DNA of 64,000 nt. Source: Anthoceros angustus. Taxonomy: Eukaryota > Plantae > Anthocerotophyta. Below are positions 1 through 12,073 of this stretch, piece by piece. The notes beneath the pieces are model-generated. The model did not search any database, was not told the DNA's origin, and saw only the letters and a program-made list of their open reading frames with translations. Numbering within the stretch: position 1 is the stretch's first letter; each line of letters opens with the position of its first letter. The DNA lies in contig MU008152.1 of the NCBI GenBank assembly GCA_010909165.1, positions 496,001-560,000 of the forward strand. Direction: 5' to 3'. A program made the position numbers and the translations under genes.

Positions 1-44
1 GGTCACAGCTTGCAAACCTGTACCAAGCGGAAGATCTTGGCACC

Positions 45-2135
45 ATGGTGGTAGCAGTGAGAAATTTGTTCTCACTAAGAATGAAGGACACAGATATGGC
101 CCAGCACCATATATCTACCTTCAGGACAGCCCATGCCAAACTTGCTAGCTCCGGCTGGCAACTCGATGAGGTGAAGGCAACAGCTGTGTTTTTATACACC
201 TTGCCATCTAGCCACCATGACTTTATTACATCACAGAACCCTAGAATTCGGGACGCTCAAAAAGCCTTCAAGAAAGGCGGACAAGCCCAGAAAGATGCCG
301 AGGGCATACTCACTGAAGTTCTCTCGGCCTTCATACAAGACAATCTTACCAGACAAACTTCCTCAAGCTCCAAACCTGGCCGCATCCTGTATGTGGGTCC
401 TGGTCGTGGCCGAGGCCGGCCCAATAGACCACAACAAAGATCAGAAAGATACGATCGCTCATCAAGTAGACCACCCCAAACAAGACAAGGCCCAAACCAA
501 AGGAAGAAAGGCAGTTGTAATTGGTGTGGAATCCCGGGACACTGGGAGAATGAATGCAGGAAGAAGGCTGCAGGAATACCTCAAAGAGCACTACTTGCAG
601 CTAATGTCACCTCGACAAACAATACGTATACACGAAGATCTCCAGTGTCATCATCACCTGGAATTATGGCAGTCTACATTACCAGAAATCCAGTTGACCA
701 TACTGGATGGTATCTTGACTCTTGTGCATCAGTGCACATCTGCCACACAAGATCATTCTTTACCACTTATTATCCAGCTCCTCCTAATAAATTCGTGTTG
801 TTAGGAGATGATTCAGGACTTCGAGTGGAAGGCAGAGGGGAAGTACCACTTACCCTCACTGACCAAACCCAACTCCACCTGGTAAATGTCCTTCACGTAC
901 CTACAATGGTGAAGAACCTGATATCAGTTTCATGGCTAATGAAGATGCGTCAATTTACTTTGACCTTTAATGACACCTGTTGTACACTAACAAAGATTAG
1001 GCATTTACAAGCCTCAAGTACAGGCTACCCTGTACAGGATATATACAAACTGGATGCCACATCCAGCAAGTACAAACAGTCACATGATGCTGCAATGGCC
1101 GTGACCCAAAACCAATCAAATAAGTCGAAGGAATCACTGAAATGGCACCTTCGCCTTGGTCACCTAAGCAACGAACGAAAACGACAGGTTACAACAGCTA
1201 GTCTATACATGGATGGAATCGAGAAGTTACCAGAACCTCCGTTTTGTGAGACATGTATCCTGGCCAACAAACGACAAGATATGTTTCCCACTCATCAGCC
1301 AGACCAGAATAACACATTACTAAAACTTGTTCATACGGATCTATGTGGCCCTATGGCCACACCCTCATTCGGGGGTGCAAGATACTTTTTGACATTTACG
1401 GACGATTTTTCCAGAATGTGCTTTACTTACCCATTGACTCTAAAAAGTCACACTTTTGAAACTTTCCAAACCTGGTTGGCACTTGTGGAGACACAGACAG
1501 AGTGTAGACTTCGTTGTCTACGTTCAGACAACGGCGGGGAATTTGTCTCCGAACAATTTGATTGCTTCTGTCAAGACAGGGGAATCGTTCGTCAACTCAT
1601 TGTAGCATATACAGCCCAGCAAAACGGGGTTGCAGAGAGGCTAAACCAAACCCTACAGAGGATGGCAAGAGCAATGATGAAACATGCGGGCTTGAGCAAA
1701 TGGGCCGAGGCCGCCCAATAGACCACATACCGCAATGTGCTTCCCTCTCGTTCCATTCACGTCTCAACACCTTATGAGTTATGGACAGGCTCTAAGCCAT
1801 CGATTCTGCATCTCCGTATATTTGGTTGCACAGCCTACAGCTTCATTCCTGAACCCGGGAAATTTGACGACAGGGCAGAAAGATTAATTTTCATAGGCTA
1901 CGGTGATGGGATCAAAGGGTATAAGCTATTCAACCCACAAACGAGAGCTGTTACCTTCGCAAGGAGCGTTACCTTCCACGAGGATCCTCTGCTTATACCA
2001 GCAGGATCACATGACAGTGTGGAACAGAACACATCTTCTCCACCGGATCTTGATCAAACCCCATCCACAGATTTTGAAGATGAGACTCCTACTTATCTTC
2101 CTCAAGAGGACTCTCTTCTGCCTCATACACCGTGA
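45..2135 (+). pseudogene. copia gag-protease-integrase, interrupted by an in-frame stop
   Basis: ORFs 45..1721 and 1737..2135 are in the same frame. The second holds the integrase C-terminal motif PYELWTGSKPSILHLRIFGCTAY. Confidence 0.9.
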
Positions 2136-4309
2136 CACTGCCCGCCTCCCGCCCCGCCCAATCTGGCTACCGCCTCCCTGCTGTTCCTCAACAACCTCCA
2201 GATCTCATTTTTGGAGATATTCCCCACGAAGCCATTCCGGATGACATACATCCTGCGGCGCCGGCACCACAATTCCTTATACCTGGACAGAATTACGACC
2301 CTCCAGACGGCCTTCAGGTAGACCCTGCTCCCATACAGGAAGCTCATGAAGAACCACAACATACCACCAGGACTCTATGGCCGCGACAGAATCTTAGGGC
2401 TCCAAGCTGCTACAGATCCGATGACTTCATGACAAGCCTACCACCTGTCCAACGTAGTGGGAGGCAAGGAAGGGAGAACAACAGAGCTCACCCCAACGCT
2501 CCAACTGCCTCTCTTGGCGATCATGAAGATCCACTTGAAGATGACAATAATAATTCTAACACAATTAGTTTTGTAGAAGATATTGGCCACTCATTACCTT
2601 CCAGCAACGTATTATTCGAACTTACTTCTGATCACGTTAACGAGGTAAACCAGGCACTGCTCTCCCGCATACGGGCTTCTGAACACATAGTTCCGGTTGA
2701 TGAGGCCCTCTCAGGCCCCGAACGCGACGAATGGCTTAAGGCCATTGACTCGGAATGGAAGTCACTCGTACAGAATGAAACATGGAAATTAGAAGACTTA
2801 CCCCCCGGAAGAACTCCTATCTCATGTAAATGGGTATTGCGCAAGAAGTACAATGCCGACGGCACTTTATCTCGTTATAAGGCTCGACTCGTCGCTAGAG
2901 GCTTCAGCCAAAAGCCTGGAGTTGATTATGATCCGGACCTATACTCACCTGTCGTAAGACCAGAATCCATACGGTTTATTTTAGCTATAGCAGCCATTGA
3001 AGATCTCATACTCTACCAAATGGATGTAAATACGGCTTTTCTCTACGGTAAGTTGGAAGAGACTATCTACATGAGCCAACCCGACATGTATGTTGATCCT
3101 AAACACCTACACCAAGTATGTAGATTACTCAAAGCACTTTACGGATTAAAACAGAGCGCAAAAATCTGGTATTTACGAGCTGACACACATCTTAAGGCTT
3201 CGGGGTTTGTCCAGAGTCATGCAGACTCCAATGTATACATACTGACCTCAGAAAATGGATACGCCTTCCTGTGCCTCTACGTCGATGACTGTATCATTGC
3301 AGCAAGCACACAATCAGCTTTATCCAAAGTCAAAGAAATACTCAGCAAGGAATTCGACATGAAAGATGTCGGAGAACTTAAGTATGTTTTAGGTGTTCAA
3401 GTTGAACGAAATCTACCTCACCATGAGATCTGGATCCACCAACAGAAATACATAAATGATATATTAAAACGAATGAAGCTGGATGATGCAAGGCCAGTTG
3501 ACACACCTATGGTGGCTAACATTTCCTTGTCAATGCTCGATTGCCCACAATCAGATCAGGAGAAAATGGAGATGACCAAAGTACCTTTCAGACAAGCCGT
3601 AGGATCCTTGATATATGTCGCTAATTGGACACGACCAGAAATACAATACGCCGTAAGCCAGGTGAGTCAATTTCTACATAATCCTGGAAGGACACATTGG
3701 GTCAGAGTAAAAAGGATCTACAGGTATCTACGAGGCACGCCTACACATGGGATCAAGTATTCCAGGGAGTGTAAGATACCCTCGGTATTCTACGATTACT
3801 CAGACGCCGACAGACGAAGGAACCCAGATGATCGACGAAGCATCGGAGCATACGTCTTCCTACTCAACGGAGGTGCCGTTTCTTGGTCATGTAAGAAAAT
3901 CTCTTCTATCTGTACATCCACAGCAGAGAGTGAATACAGCTCACTTTCCATGGCCGCTAAAGAGCTTGTGTGGGGACAGAGTCTTCTGGAGACAATCAAT
4001 CATTGTCAAAAGAACCCAACGGAGTTATACACGGATAGCCAAGCAGCAATGGCGATGGTAGCGAATCCCAGATTCCACGGGCGAACCAAGCACATAGAGT
4101 TGAAACATCACTACATAAGGGAAGTCATTCAGAGTGGCAAGGCGCGTCTTAGCTTCGTGCCGACAGATAGTAATACTGCGGACGTGCTTACAAAGTCTCT
4201 GCCAAAGCACCAACATTACCGACACTCGGAAGGAATGGGTGTATATATCTGCCCGATCATAGGATCTGGTAAAACAGTCACATTCAAGGACACACCACAC
4301 TCAAGATGA
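2132..4309 (+). CDS. pol: copia reverse transcriptase + RNase H (frameshifted from the integrase)
   Basis: CKWVLRKK...YKARLVARGFSQ, LLKALYGLKQS, LYVDD, RNase H motifs; 725 aa. Confidence 0.93.
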   Translation: MTLPASRPAQSGYRLPAVPQQPPDLIFGDIPHEAIPDDIHPAAPAPQFLIPGQNYDPPDGLQVDPAPIQEAHEEPQHTTRTLWPRQNLRAPSCYRSDDFMTSLPPVQRSGRQGRENNRAHPNAPTASLGDHEDPLEDDNNNSNTISFVEDIGHSLPSSNVLFELTSDHVNEVNQALLSRIRASEHIVPVDEALSGPERDEWLKAIDSEWKSLVQNETWKLEDLPPGRTPISCKWVLRKKYNADGTLSRYKARLVARGFSQKPGVDYDPDLYSPVVRPESIRFILAIAAIEDLILYQMDVNTAFLYGKLEETIYMSQPDMYVDPKHLHQVCRLLKALYGLKQSAKIWYLRADTHLKASGFVQSHADSNVYILTSENGYAFLCLYVDDCIIAASTQSALSKVKEILSKEFDMKDVGELKYVLGVQVERNLPHHEIWIHQQKYINDILKRMKLDDARPVDTPMVANISLSMLDCPQSDQEKMEMTKVPFRQAVGSLIYVANWTRPEIQYAVSQVSQFLHNPGRTHWVRVKRIYRYLRGTPTHGIKYSRECKIPSVFYDYSDADRRRNPDDRRSIGAYVFLLNGGAVSWSCKKISSICTSTAESEYSSLSMAAKELVWGQSLLETINHCQKNPTELYTDSQAAMAMVANPRFHGRTKHIELKHHYIREVIQSGKARLSFVPTDSNTADVLTKSLPKHQHYRHSEGMGVYICPIIGSGKTVTFKDTPHSR

Positions 4310-4472
4310 TGAAGAGGATGTGTAGTCCCAGGACTTCACGATTCAGTGGGAGCTACGCCCTTCACGTAATGGTAAATGCTGTGCACGATCGATCTTCCCA
4401 AGACGCTCGCGAAGCGCAACACGCTGGATAACTCCGATGATCACTATTTGAGGCTCTGCGTGCGAGTGGGAG

Positions 4473-4684
4473 TGTTGGGAGAAACGAGACGCACTTGAGC
4501 CTTGTTAGTTAGGGCACGTTTCGCATTTCATCGTGTAAGTCATATTGAACCGACACGTCATTTCCTCAGAGTCATGTCGTTTCATAATGTACCAGAACAA
4601 AACTCTCTCCCCCTTGTAACACAAACGCTTAATCAGAATCTTTCTCTCCTCAAAATCGCGTTAGCCCAACGCTCCGCCTTGCTA
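4473..4684 (+). repeat. probable 3' LTR of the first copia (TG...TA), PPT at 4464-4472
   Basis: GAGTGGGAG|TGTTGGGAG mirrors the PPT/LTR junctions of the other elements (AGTGGGAG|TATTGGGAA; GAGGGGGAG|TGTTGGAG). CGCTCCGCCTTGCTA resembles their CGCTCCGCTTTA end, and 212 bp matches their LTR size. The 5' LTR is outside the window, so the end is inferred. Confidence 0.55.
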
Positions 4685-5129
4685 CGCTGGACTATGCAAC
4701 AAGACTTTCGGCTTAATCAAAAACTTGAATCTTGTTTACATCGAAGCCGAACTTGAGTTCGCAGCCGCGGCCTACCTTGCTGTCAATTGCTCAGGACAGG
4801 TTGAAAGCTGCTCTCCTCCTCCAAGCTAGGCTATGTCCCTACTACTCGAATTTCGACCAGATACTAGGATAGTTAGTCATCCAATGTGAAATAAAGCTAC
4901 CTATGCACCACAAACGCCCGGTTGTAGGAGCTTCGGCCCAATGTAAAACTTGGGGGTTCTTATGCTTTTCTTATTCTTTGTGAATTTAGAGACTTTAAAA
5001 AGGTATTTTATAGTATTCATCCAAGTTTCGCGCAAGAATTTGATCGGGAGTAACCTGGTAGGGCACTAACAATTGGCAGCCCCAAGTACTGAGAAACCAG
5101 GGCATGATGTTTATAGCTGGGATGGATAA

Positions 5130-5500
5130 CACCTGTGGCCTTATTAGAAGCATTACTAGCCACCCTTGCACTCGGAGAAATATATCTCCTCCTGTCCTTA
5201 TGTCAGGAAGGCTGGATGAGGCTTTGTGGTGGCCTAGTGGGAGCATCCTTTTCCCTTTTCCTGTCATAATTAGTTGTCACTATATAAGATCCTCAGGTAA
5301 ATCATCAACGGGCTTGCACCTCCTTGGTATTATTGGAGTTGCTGGGCTTGATGAATTGTAAACATCTCCCTTTCGTTCGGATGTGAGATATTTTCTTTGT
5401 CACTTGCAAGTACTTCCTTTGTTCCAACATCTATGATCTTGTTGCCTGCAACATCCGCTACAGTGCCAGCGGCTTCCTCCTTCCCATTTGTATGCGCACA
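5130..5500 (-). pseudogene. decayed captured copy of part of the large exon of the CH-LysM gene
   Basis: Aligns by eye to ~9300-9686, e.g. GGGCTTGATGAATTGTAAACATCTCCCTT and TGATCTTGTTGCCTGCAA, with many substitutions. Confidence 0.85.
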
Positions 5501-5947
5501 TAGTTAGTCATCTCGACCAATGTGAAATAAAGCTATCTACGAACGACGGGTACCTAGTAGGAGTTTATAAAAGTTAACTCAAGCTCTTACAAGAAAGCAA
5601 ATCCGTTTGCTAGGAAAAGCTTGCACAACTGTGGGGTCCGACTCTCTTTAGGATAAGCTAGTTGTGATCAAGGAACTTGGATTTGATAAGAAAATACTAG
5701 AATTAGATACTATATACTTAGTAACCTACAAGTACTAGCTAGCTTCCTATTTCGGTATCCTATCGTTATATAGGCGTGGAGATTCTTATGAAAATTCACC
5801 AATATCCTCATTATAATCTCTGTAGACTCTAGTGATAATTCACTAATATCCTCTTTATAATCTCACTTTTTCTGCCACTCTCCCCCCTCTCCATCCTTCC
5901 TTTTTCTTCCCCTAATTAGTAGTTTATTTTTTACTTGGGTCGGGAAG

Positions 5948-6622
5948 ATGGACGAAACAAAAAAAATTATTCATAATTTGGTTGAACTTGCTCAAACCAA
6001 ATGAGCTACAAATGACCTTCAAGGAGGAAAAAAATTCTTGCTTGAAGCACAAAAACTCTATCCGGGGTTAAATGATATTACTTACATGCTTGCAATCATG
6101 GAGGTTGAATTGGCAGCACATGAAAGGAAAACATTAGCATCCGGTTCAGGTTCAGTTCCGTTATATAATTGGTATTGTCTTTTTCAAATGAATTCTAATG
6201 CAGATGAAGATATGATTAATAGAAAATATAAGAAGTTGGCTTTATTCCTATATCCAGGTAAGAACAAGCAAGATGGAGGAGCAAATGCTTTCAAATTGAT
6301 TCTAGAAGCAAAAACCATTCTATTGGCTAAAAGTAGCCGAAAGTTTTTTGATAGTAAAATTTCAAGATGTGGAGAGAATGAGGGAGCTACGTCTCACAAA
6401 AATTATAAGACTCAGCGTCGAACTTATGTTAATATTCCAGTGTATGAATATGATTCATGTGAAGACTTTTATTCCGAGTTATATGACTATGATTTGAATA
6501 AATACCTTTTTTCACATAACGTTCTAGTGTATGAATATCATGCAGATGAAAAGTTTTATTCCGAGTTCTATGACTATGATAGATATTTTCACATATATTT
6601 TCCAATTATTTTTGAGTCTTAA
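5948..6622 (+). pseudogene. plant DnaJ-domain (J-protein) pseudogene
   Basis: N-terminal AQKLYPGL and J-domain NWY...ADEDMINRKYKKLALFLYPGKNK..GA.AFKLI.EA. The catalytic HPD is changed to YPG, and there is an in-frame TGA at 6002-6004 after ATG 5948. AT-rich, with an internal ~60-bp duplication near the 3' end. Confidence 0.85.
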
Positions 6623-7212
6623 TTCTCCTGTTCCAATAATGTTTTAGTCTCAATTCTCCAGTTCCAATTATTTTTGAGTCTCAAATTTTCAGGCACATTT
6701 GAGTCTCGAATTGAGACTCTGAGATATGTTTTGGACTTCGACATATCTATGACCGCCAGACATCATGCCTTCAATCTCCGCAGCATGCAGGGTTATCGGT
6801 TGTTAGTGCCCTACGGAGTTACCCCATATCAAAATCCCAGTGTGGGACTTCCATGTGTAACTTTCAACATACTTATAAGGTCTTATAAGACGGACATCTC
6901 TCCGATTCTAGTTTAGGACCGATAGTGAGAATGGAGGTGCCTGAGATCCTTCGCGAGTGGAGGTGCGTCATATCTCTCGCTCAAATGTGCCTGGAAGTCC
7001 GATGGGGAAATCTCATACCAGAATTCTCAAGTAGAGCCGGTAGAGGAGAAACGAGAATGCAAAAACTTGGATTTCAAGACCTTGTCCCTTGTCATTTCTC
7101 GATACCTTGGGTTCCTGACTCACAAAGCAGTTGGCCAATGGAATTATATTGACCTCGGACATCCGTGGGAAGCGCTGCCCTCAATAGCAAGGATCCACGC
7201 AGCTACCGCTGA

Positions 7213-10200
7213 TTAATTCAATTTGAGACGTTCACTAGGGTAGATGAGATCTGGGTTGTTGATGTCAGGGTTGATGCGAACCAGCTCTTCCCAGTTGCTC
7301 TTGCCAGTCCTTCTAGAGATTTTGTACAGAGTGTCCCCTTGCTTGACCTCATAAACCACTGCTGTTGGTTTCCTGAACGCACAGCCATAACGCAAACAGA
7401 AGCAGCAATTAGTCACATTACGCAGGAACTGCCCGGGAGGAAGCTGAGGCACATGTTGGGCCTCGCCATCTGCAGATAGATAGCACGCTGCCTCCATCGA
7501 TGCCTTATGCACCTATATCTTTTTAGGCAAAGGGACCCTACACCTCAGCAGTTGAAGTACCTGCTTTTGAAACGCAACTTCTGCAAAATCCCAGGTAACC
7601 CTGCGAAGAAAAGCAATCTTCCCCATGCTTCCATTGTTACTCTAGTTGCTTAAGCAAACAACCTGGATCTATACCTGGTGCGCACTGCAATATAAGTTCC
7701 CACGAGAGCGACGGCACCTGCTATGACTGGAATCCAAAGTCGTCTTCTCGAGACCTGGTTCTGTGGGCATGAAGTTAGAAATATGGACTGCTGCAAAGGG
7801 TGCACATCATTTGAGAATGTGTAGCGGAAGCATCACATCTCAACAACAATAGTGAACTTTTCTTACCGTCGGTGTATCAGCTTCCTGTCCTTTATCACTG
7901 GCCTTGGGCTGGGCCTTTCCTGTGTCACTGGCCTTGGGCTTGGCTACAGTAGCAGCTCCCTTCGTAGGTGCAGTTCCCGGCCTCTTCTCGATAGGTCTAG
8001 GCTGGGAAGGAGGAGACATCTTTGCCGGGACATCTGCACTCCGTTTGTCATTGACAACTGAAGAACTTGTCTTTGCTGGAACCAGAGTCTGGCTTCCATT
8101 TGGATTTGGTTGAGACGGCACAACAGTCTTCCTTGGACCATCTCCAGCTTTCTTGTCATCAGGGTGTGACTTGCCTGTAGCAACAGGTCCCTTGGCCGGA
8201 GCAGGTCTCTTATCCCCTGGACTCACAGGTGCGGTTGAGACAACCACTTTTTCAGGTGCACCAGATTGGGGAGCTGCAGGTGCTGTTCTCAAAGGCGGAG
8301 AAGATCCACCCTTCTCAGCTGTTATCGACTGCATAGGTGCAGCAGGTGTTGCCCTGGACGTTGTACCCACCATGCTCTGTTCCTGCAACAGGCTGGACAA
8401 CGGGAGTTGTTGCTCTGCTTTTGGCATCTGTCAGCCTATTCTCTGCTGCAGGTTGCTGTGAGGGAGGAGGCACCACGCTCGGTAACAGGTCTCCACCTGT
8501 AGCCTTGTCGGAAGCATTAGGAGCTACCGTCAGAGAAACATCTGCACCTGACCTTCTGTCAGGAAGGCTGGCCTGAGGCTTTGTGGTAGATCCCCTTGTG
8601 GGAGCATCCCTTTCCCTTTTCCTGTCATTGGTTGTTACTATGTAAGATCCTCCAGGTAAATCATCCACGGGCTTCCTTCTCCTTGGAGCTGCTGGAGTTG
8701 GAGCGGCCGGAGTTGAAGGGCTTGATGAATTGTAAACATCTCCCTTGTTAATGGGACGCAAGACATCGCCTTTGTCACCTGCCAGTACTTTCTCTGCACC
8801 GACATCTCTGATCTTGTTGCCTGCTTTTGGCATCTGTCAGCCTATTCTCTGCTGCAGGTTGCTGTGAGGGAGGAGGCACCACGCTCGGTAACAGGTCTCC
8901 ACCTGTAGCCTTGTCGGAAGCATTAGGAGCTACCGTCAGAGAAACATCTGCACCTGACCTTCTGTCAGGAAGGCTGGCCTGAGGCTTTGTGGTAGATCCC
9001 CTTGTGGGAGCATCCCTTTCCCTTTTCCTGTCATTGGTTGTTACTATGTAAGATCCTCCAGGTAAATCATCCACGGGCTTCCTTCTCCTTGGAGCTGCTG
9101 GAGTTGGAGCGGCCGGAGTTGAAGGGCTTGATGAATTGTAAACATCTCCCTTGTTAATGGGACGCAAGACATCGCCTTTGTCACCTGCCAGTACTTTCTC
9201 TGCACCGACATCTCTGATCTTGTTGCCTGCTTTTGGCATCTGTCAGCCTATTCTCTGCTGCAGGTTGCTGTGAGGGAGGAGGCACCACGCTCGGTAACAG
9301 GTCTCCACCTGTAGCCTTGTCGGAAGCATTAGGAGCTACCGTCAGAGAAACATCTGCACCTGACCTTCTGTCAGGAAGGCTGGCCTGAGGCTTTGTGGTA
9401 GATCCCCTTGTGGGAGCATCCCTTTCCCTTTTCCTGTCATTGGTTGTTACTATGTAAGATCCTCCAGGTAAATCATCCACGGGCTTCCTTCTCCTTGGAG
9501 CTGCTGGAGTTGGAGCGGCCGGAGTTGAAGGGCTTGATGAATTGTAAACATCTCCCTTGTTAATGGGACGCAAGACATCGCCTTTGTCACCTGCCAGTAC
9601 TTTCTCTGCACCGACATCTCTGATCTTGTTGCCTGCAAGGTCTGCTGCTGTACCAGCAGCTTCCTCCTTCCCACTTGTATGCGCACCATCACTTTCAACC
9701 TTTTTGCCTAAAACTTCGTCAGAGGCTGGACCTAAAGCATTCCCACTTCCCATGGGTGATGGGGTTCCCAGGATTGGAGGAGACAGTGATCTTCTTTGGC
9801 TAGGAAGTTCTTTGCTTGCAGCTTGTGACTCGGGTCTTGGCACCTCTACAGGGACGGGTTGCAATGGAATGGATCCATTAGTCACCACCATTGGAGCGCC
9901 AGATGTTGCAGGATCCAATTCTTGCAATGGTATGTGCAGACTTTCAGGAGTTGTTGGAGCTCCAGGCGTTGATGCTTGAGGGGACTTTTGCGAACTCTCA
10001 GGAGTTAGAGATGAGGCAGTTTCCACCGCTGGTACCTGCATTGGCCAGTTGACTAGACTTGATAAACCTTGAAACCAGTTAAGGGAAATTCTGAACGATG
10101 CAAAGAAGCCATGCTCACCTTCGCAGGAGGAGTTTGGCTTCCTGGAGAATTAAACAAATTGTCATCAATTGGAAGTCGCCTTATAGCTCCCAAGTCAAGC

Positions 10201-11239
10201 TCTGAAGATGACCGGCTTACAACTGCTTCTGGTGCGGGAGAAGGCTGTACAAAAAAACCATGAAAAACAAAATTCACGTCAACAGAGAAAACCTAGCCAT
10301 ACATTTTGAAACCCGAAGCAAGAAACTAGGTGTACGTAGAGCATACCATGACAAGACCTGGAAACTTGTCATTCTCTTTAGTTATACTATCTGAAAGACC
10401 ACCAACTACATGCATCAGTTTCTCTGAAATGCAAACACCTGCATCCACTCAAAACACATAGGATGTCCGAAGGAAGTACCAGGAGTGCTTGTCAAACCAA
10501 AGCCTGAAACATTGTCAAAATCTGGAATCTGGACGACAACAGACAGCCGTAAGCCACTGCAGCATACCGAATCAAACCATCAAGCGCTCATCAGACCCTT
10601 ACTGGAAGATCCTTTGCTCTGCATTTTTTCGAGAGGGCTCGCAGACATGTGACTGGCATATGCAAATCCCCTGTTCGTTCTACGACATCAGATGCCACAC
10701 ATAGGTCAATGTCTTTCACTCCAACATCCTTGCAGACCTGCACAAAAAGCATGTCCTCCATGTTAACACCATCTAACGATGGTAACAGGACTAGTAATAT
10801 TCCTCGCCACCAACCTGGATAAACTCGGCCACATTGTCATACCGAGTGTAAGCACTCTTCCTCCGGTTTTTCTCTTCTGTTCCCTCAATCTTCATCAGAC
10901 TCTTAATCTTCCTTGCTGCCAACCACCTGTACAAAATGAAGAAATGGTGGGAATCATATTCCCCAATCGCAGTCCAAGCACATTCTGCCTCCAAAGAGAA
11001 AACTTACAGCAAATTGCCGTCTGCAAGCACATCTTGAAGATTGGCATCAGCAGGTATGGGCTGCCCAGTCACAACTTCGAGCCACTGCTTGGCCTTGTTC
11101 TGCCAACATCATAATAGACAGTGAGTCTCACAGAGAAGAAAAAAAAAAAAACCATAACAGCCCACAAATGCCTTTCCCCCTAGCAGTTTGAGGACATCAC
11201 CTGTCGACGAATCCAATCCCGCTCGTACCAGTCCCCCAT
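7213..11239 (-). CDS. multi-exon gene: N-terminal calponin-homology domain, long S/P/A/T-rich linker, C-terminal LysM domain
   Basis: Hand-built exons with GT-AG and consistent phases: 11239-11201, 11099-11008, 10926-10815, 10737-10603, 10528-10480, 10390-10347, 10244-10119, 10035-7867, 7512-7213. CH part reads NKAKQWLEVVTGQPIPADANLQDVLADGNLLWLAARKIK...YDNVAEFIQVCKDVGVKDIDLCVASDVVERTGDLHMPVTCLRALSKK...IPDFD. LysM reads YEVKQGDTLYKISRRTG...EELVRINPDINNPDLIYPSERLKL. As assembled, the large exon is frameshifted by the 406-bp triplication and a 1-bp indel near 8385. The start codon is uncertain. Confidence 0.85.
8415..9636. repeat. 406-bp tandem triplication inside the CH-LysM large exon
   Basis: CTGC junction anchor at 8415, 8821, 9227 and 9633 (period 406). 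Copies look identical. Confidence 0.95.
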
Positions 11240-12073
11240 CTCGTCGTTGCAATTTCTGACCCAATAAAACTGGAACCGGACCCGGCTAGCTACCTCATGC
11301 CCCAGAATCTCCCCAACCTGAAAATGCACTCTTCCACTCCAAGCACAAGCCTTCCTCAAACCTAACCCGCAATCCGGAATCCCTTCAAATCCTGCACAAT
11401 CCACATCCCAGCTCCGCCTACAGGAGCACACACACCCTTCCGAGCCCAATCCTCGCTACCTGGTCTGAGCTCTGTCCAAGCTCCACCGCCGGGCGCAACA
11501 CCCACCACCCACCGCGTGCGCTCCCCACACACAGCCTCGTCAAGAACCAGCCAATCCGGGGCAGCAAAACCAATGCCAGGACCATACAGCCCACAACCGC
11601 GTCCCAGTCACACGAAACTGGGCGGTAAAAAATTCACGACCCAGCTCGCCGCTCTTGCGTTGGGATGTGGCGGGTGGCACGCAGACGTTCGGCGACTGCG
11701 GCCAGGCGAGGAAGCGAAATTTCCTGATCCAGTATCGTGTGTAGTAGACCCGTGCAGAGCCAAGCTGGTTAGAAAAGAGGTCTATCTTGATCCTCGGAAG
11801 CAGGCGAAGGTTTGAAGGTAAAGCAAGCAGAGAGAGGCCGGCTTAAACTTCCAGGAATAGGCTGACTTGCTTCAAATCTGCCAGCAGGCTTGAACACACG
11901 AGTCTCAAGACAGGCAGTGGCGCATGACGGGATGGATACTCCGAAGGTGACGATATTCCTGGGCCATGAACTGTCCTGGATAACGACTCTCAGGACAGAA
12001 CATGCCGCTTGGAAGTGCTCCTTTGTCTCTTTCGTTTCCTCCTCTCTTCCGGCAGAGGCACGTCGTAAAATCT

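Larger units (their letters stand above)
1..4684 (+). mobile_element. Ty1/copia LTR retrotransposon, 5'-truncated by the window edge, degenerate
   Basis: Order gag zinc knuckle (CNWCGIPGHWENEC), protease (WYLDSCAS), GAG-pre-integrase (WHLRLGH), integrase (VHTDLCGP...RSDNGGEF), RT (QMDVNTAFLYG, LYVDD), RNase H (YTDSQAA...TKHIELKHH). In-frame TAG at 1719-1721 and a frameshift near 2132. Confidence 0.95.

Noticed and set aside
4321-4740. Alternative canonical 3' LTR (TGTA...TACA) after GAAGAGGA
   Set aside because: The 4464-4473 junction matches the PPT/LTR starts of the related elements better and gives a matching LTR length. It cannot be fully excluded without the 5' LTR.
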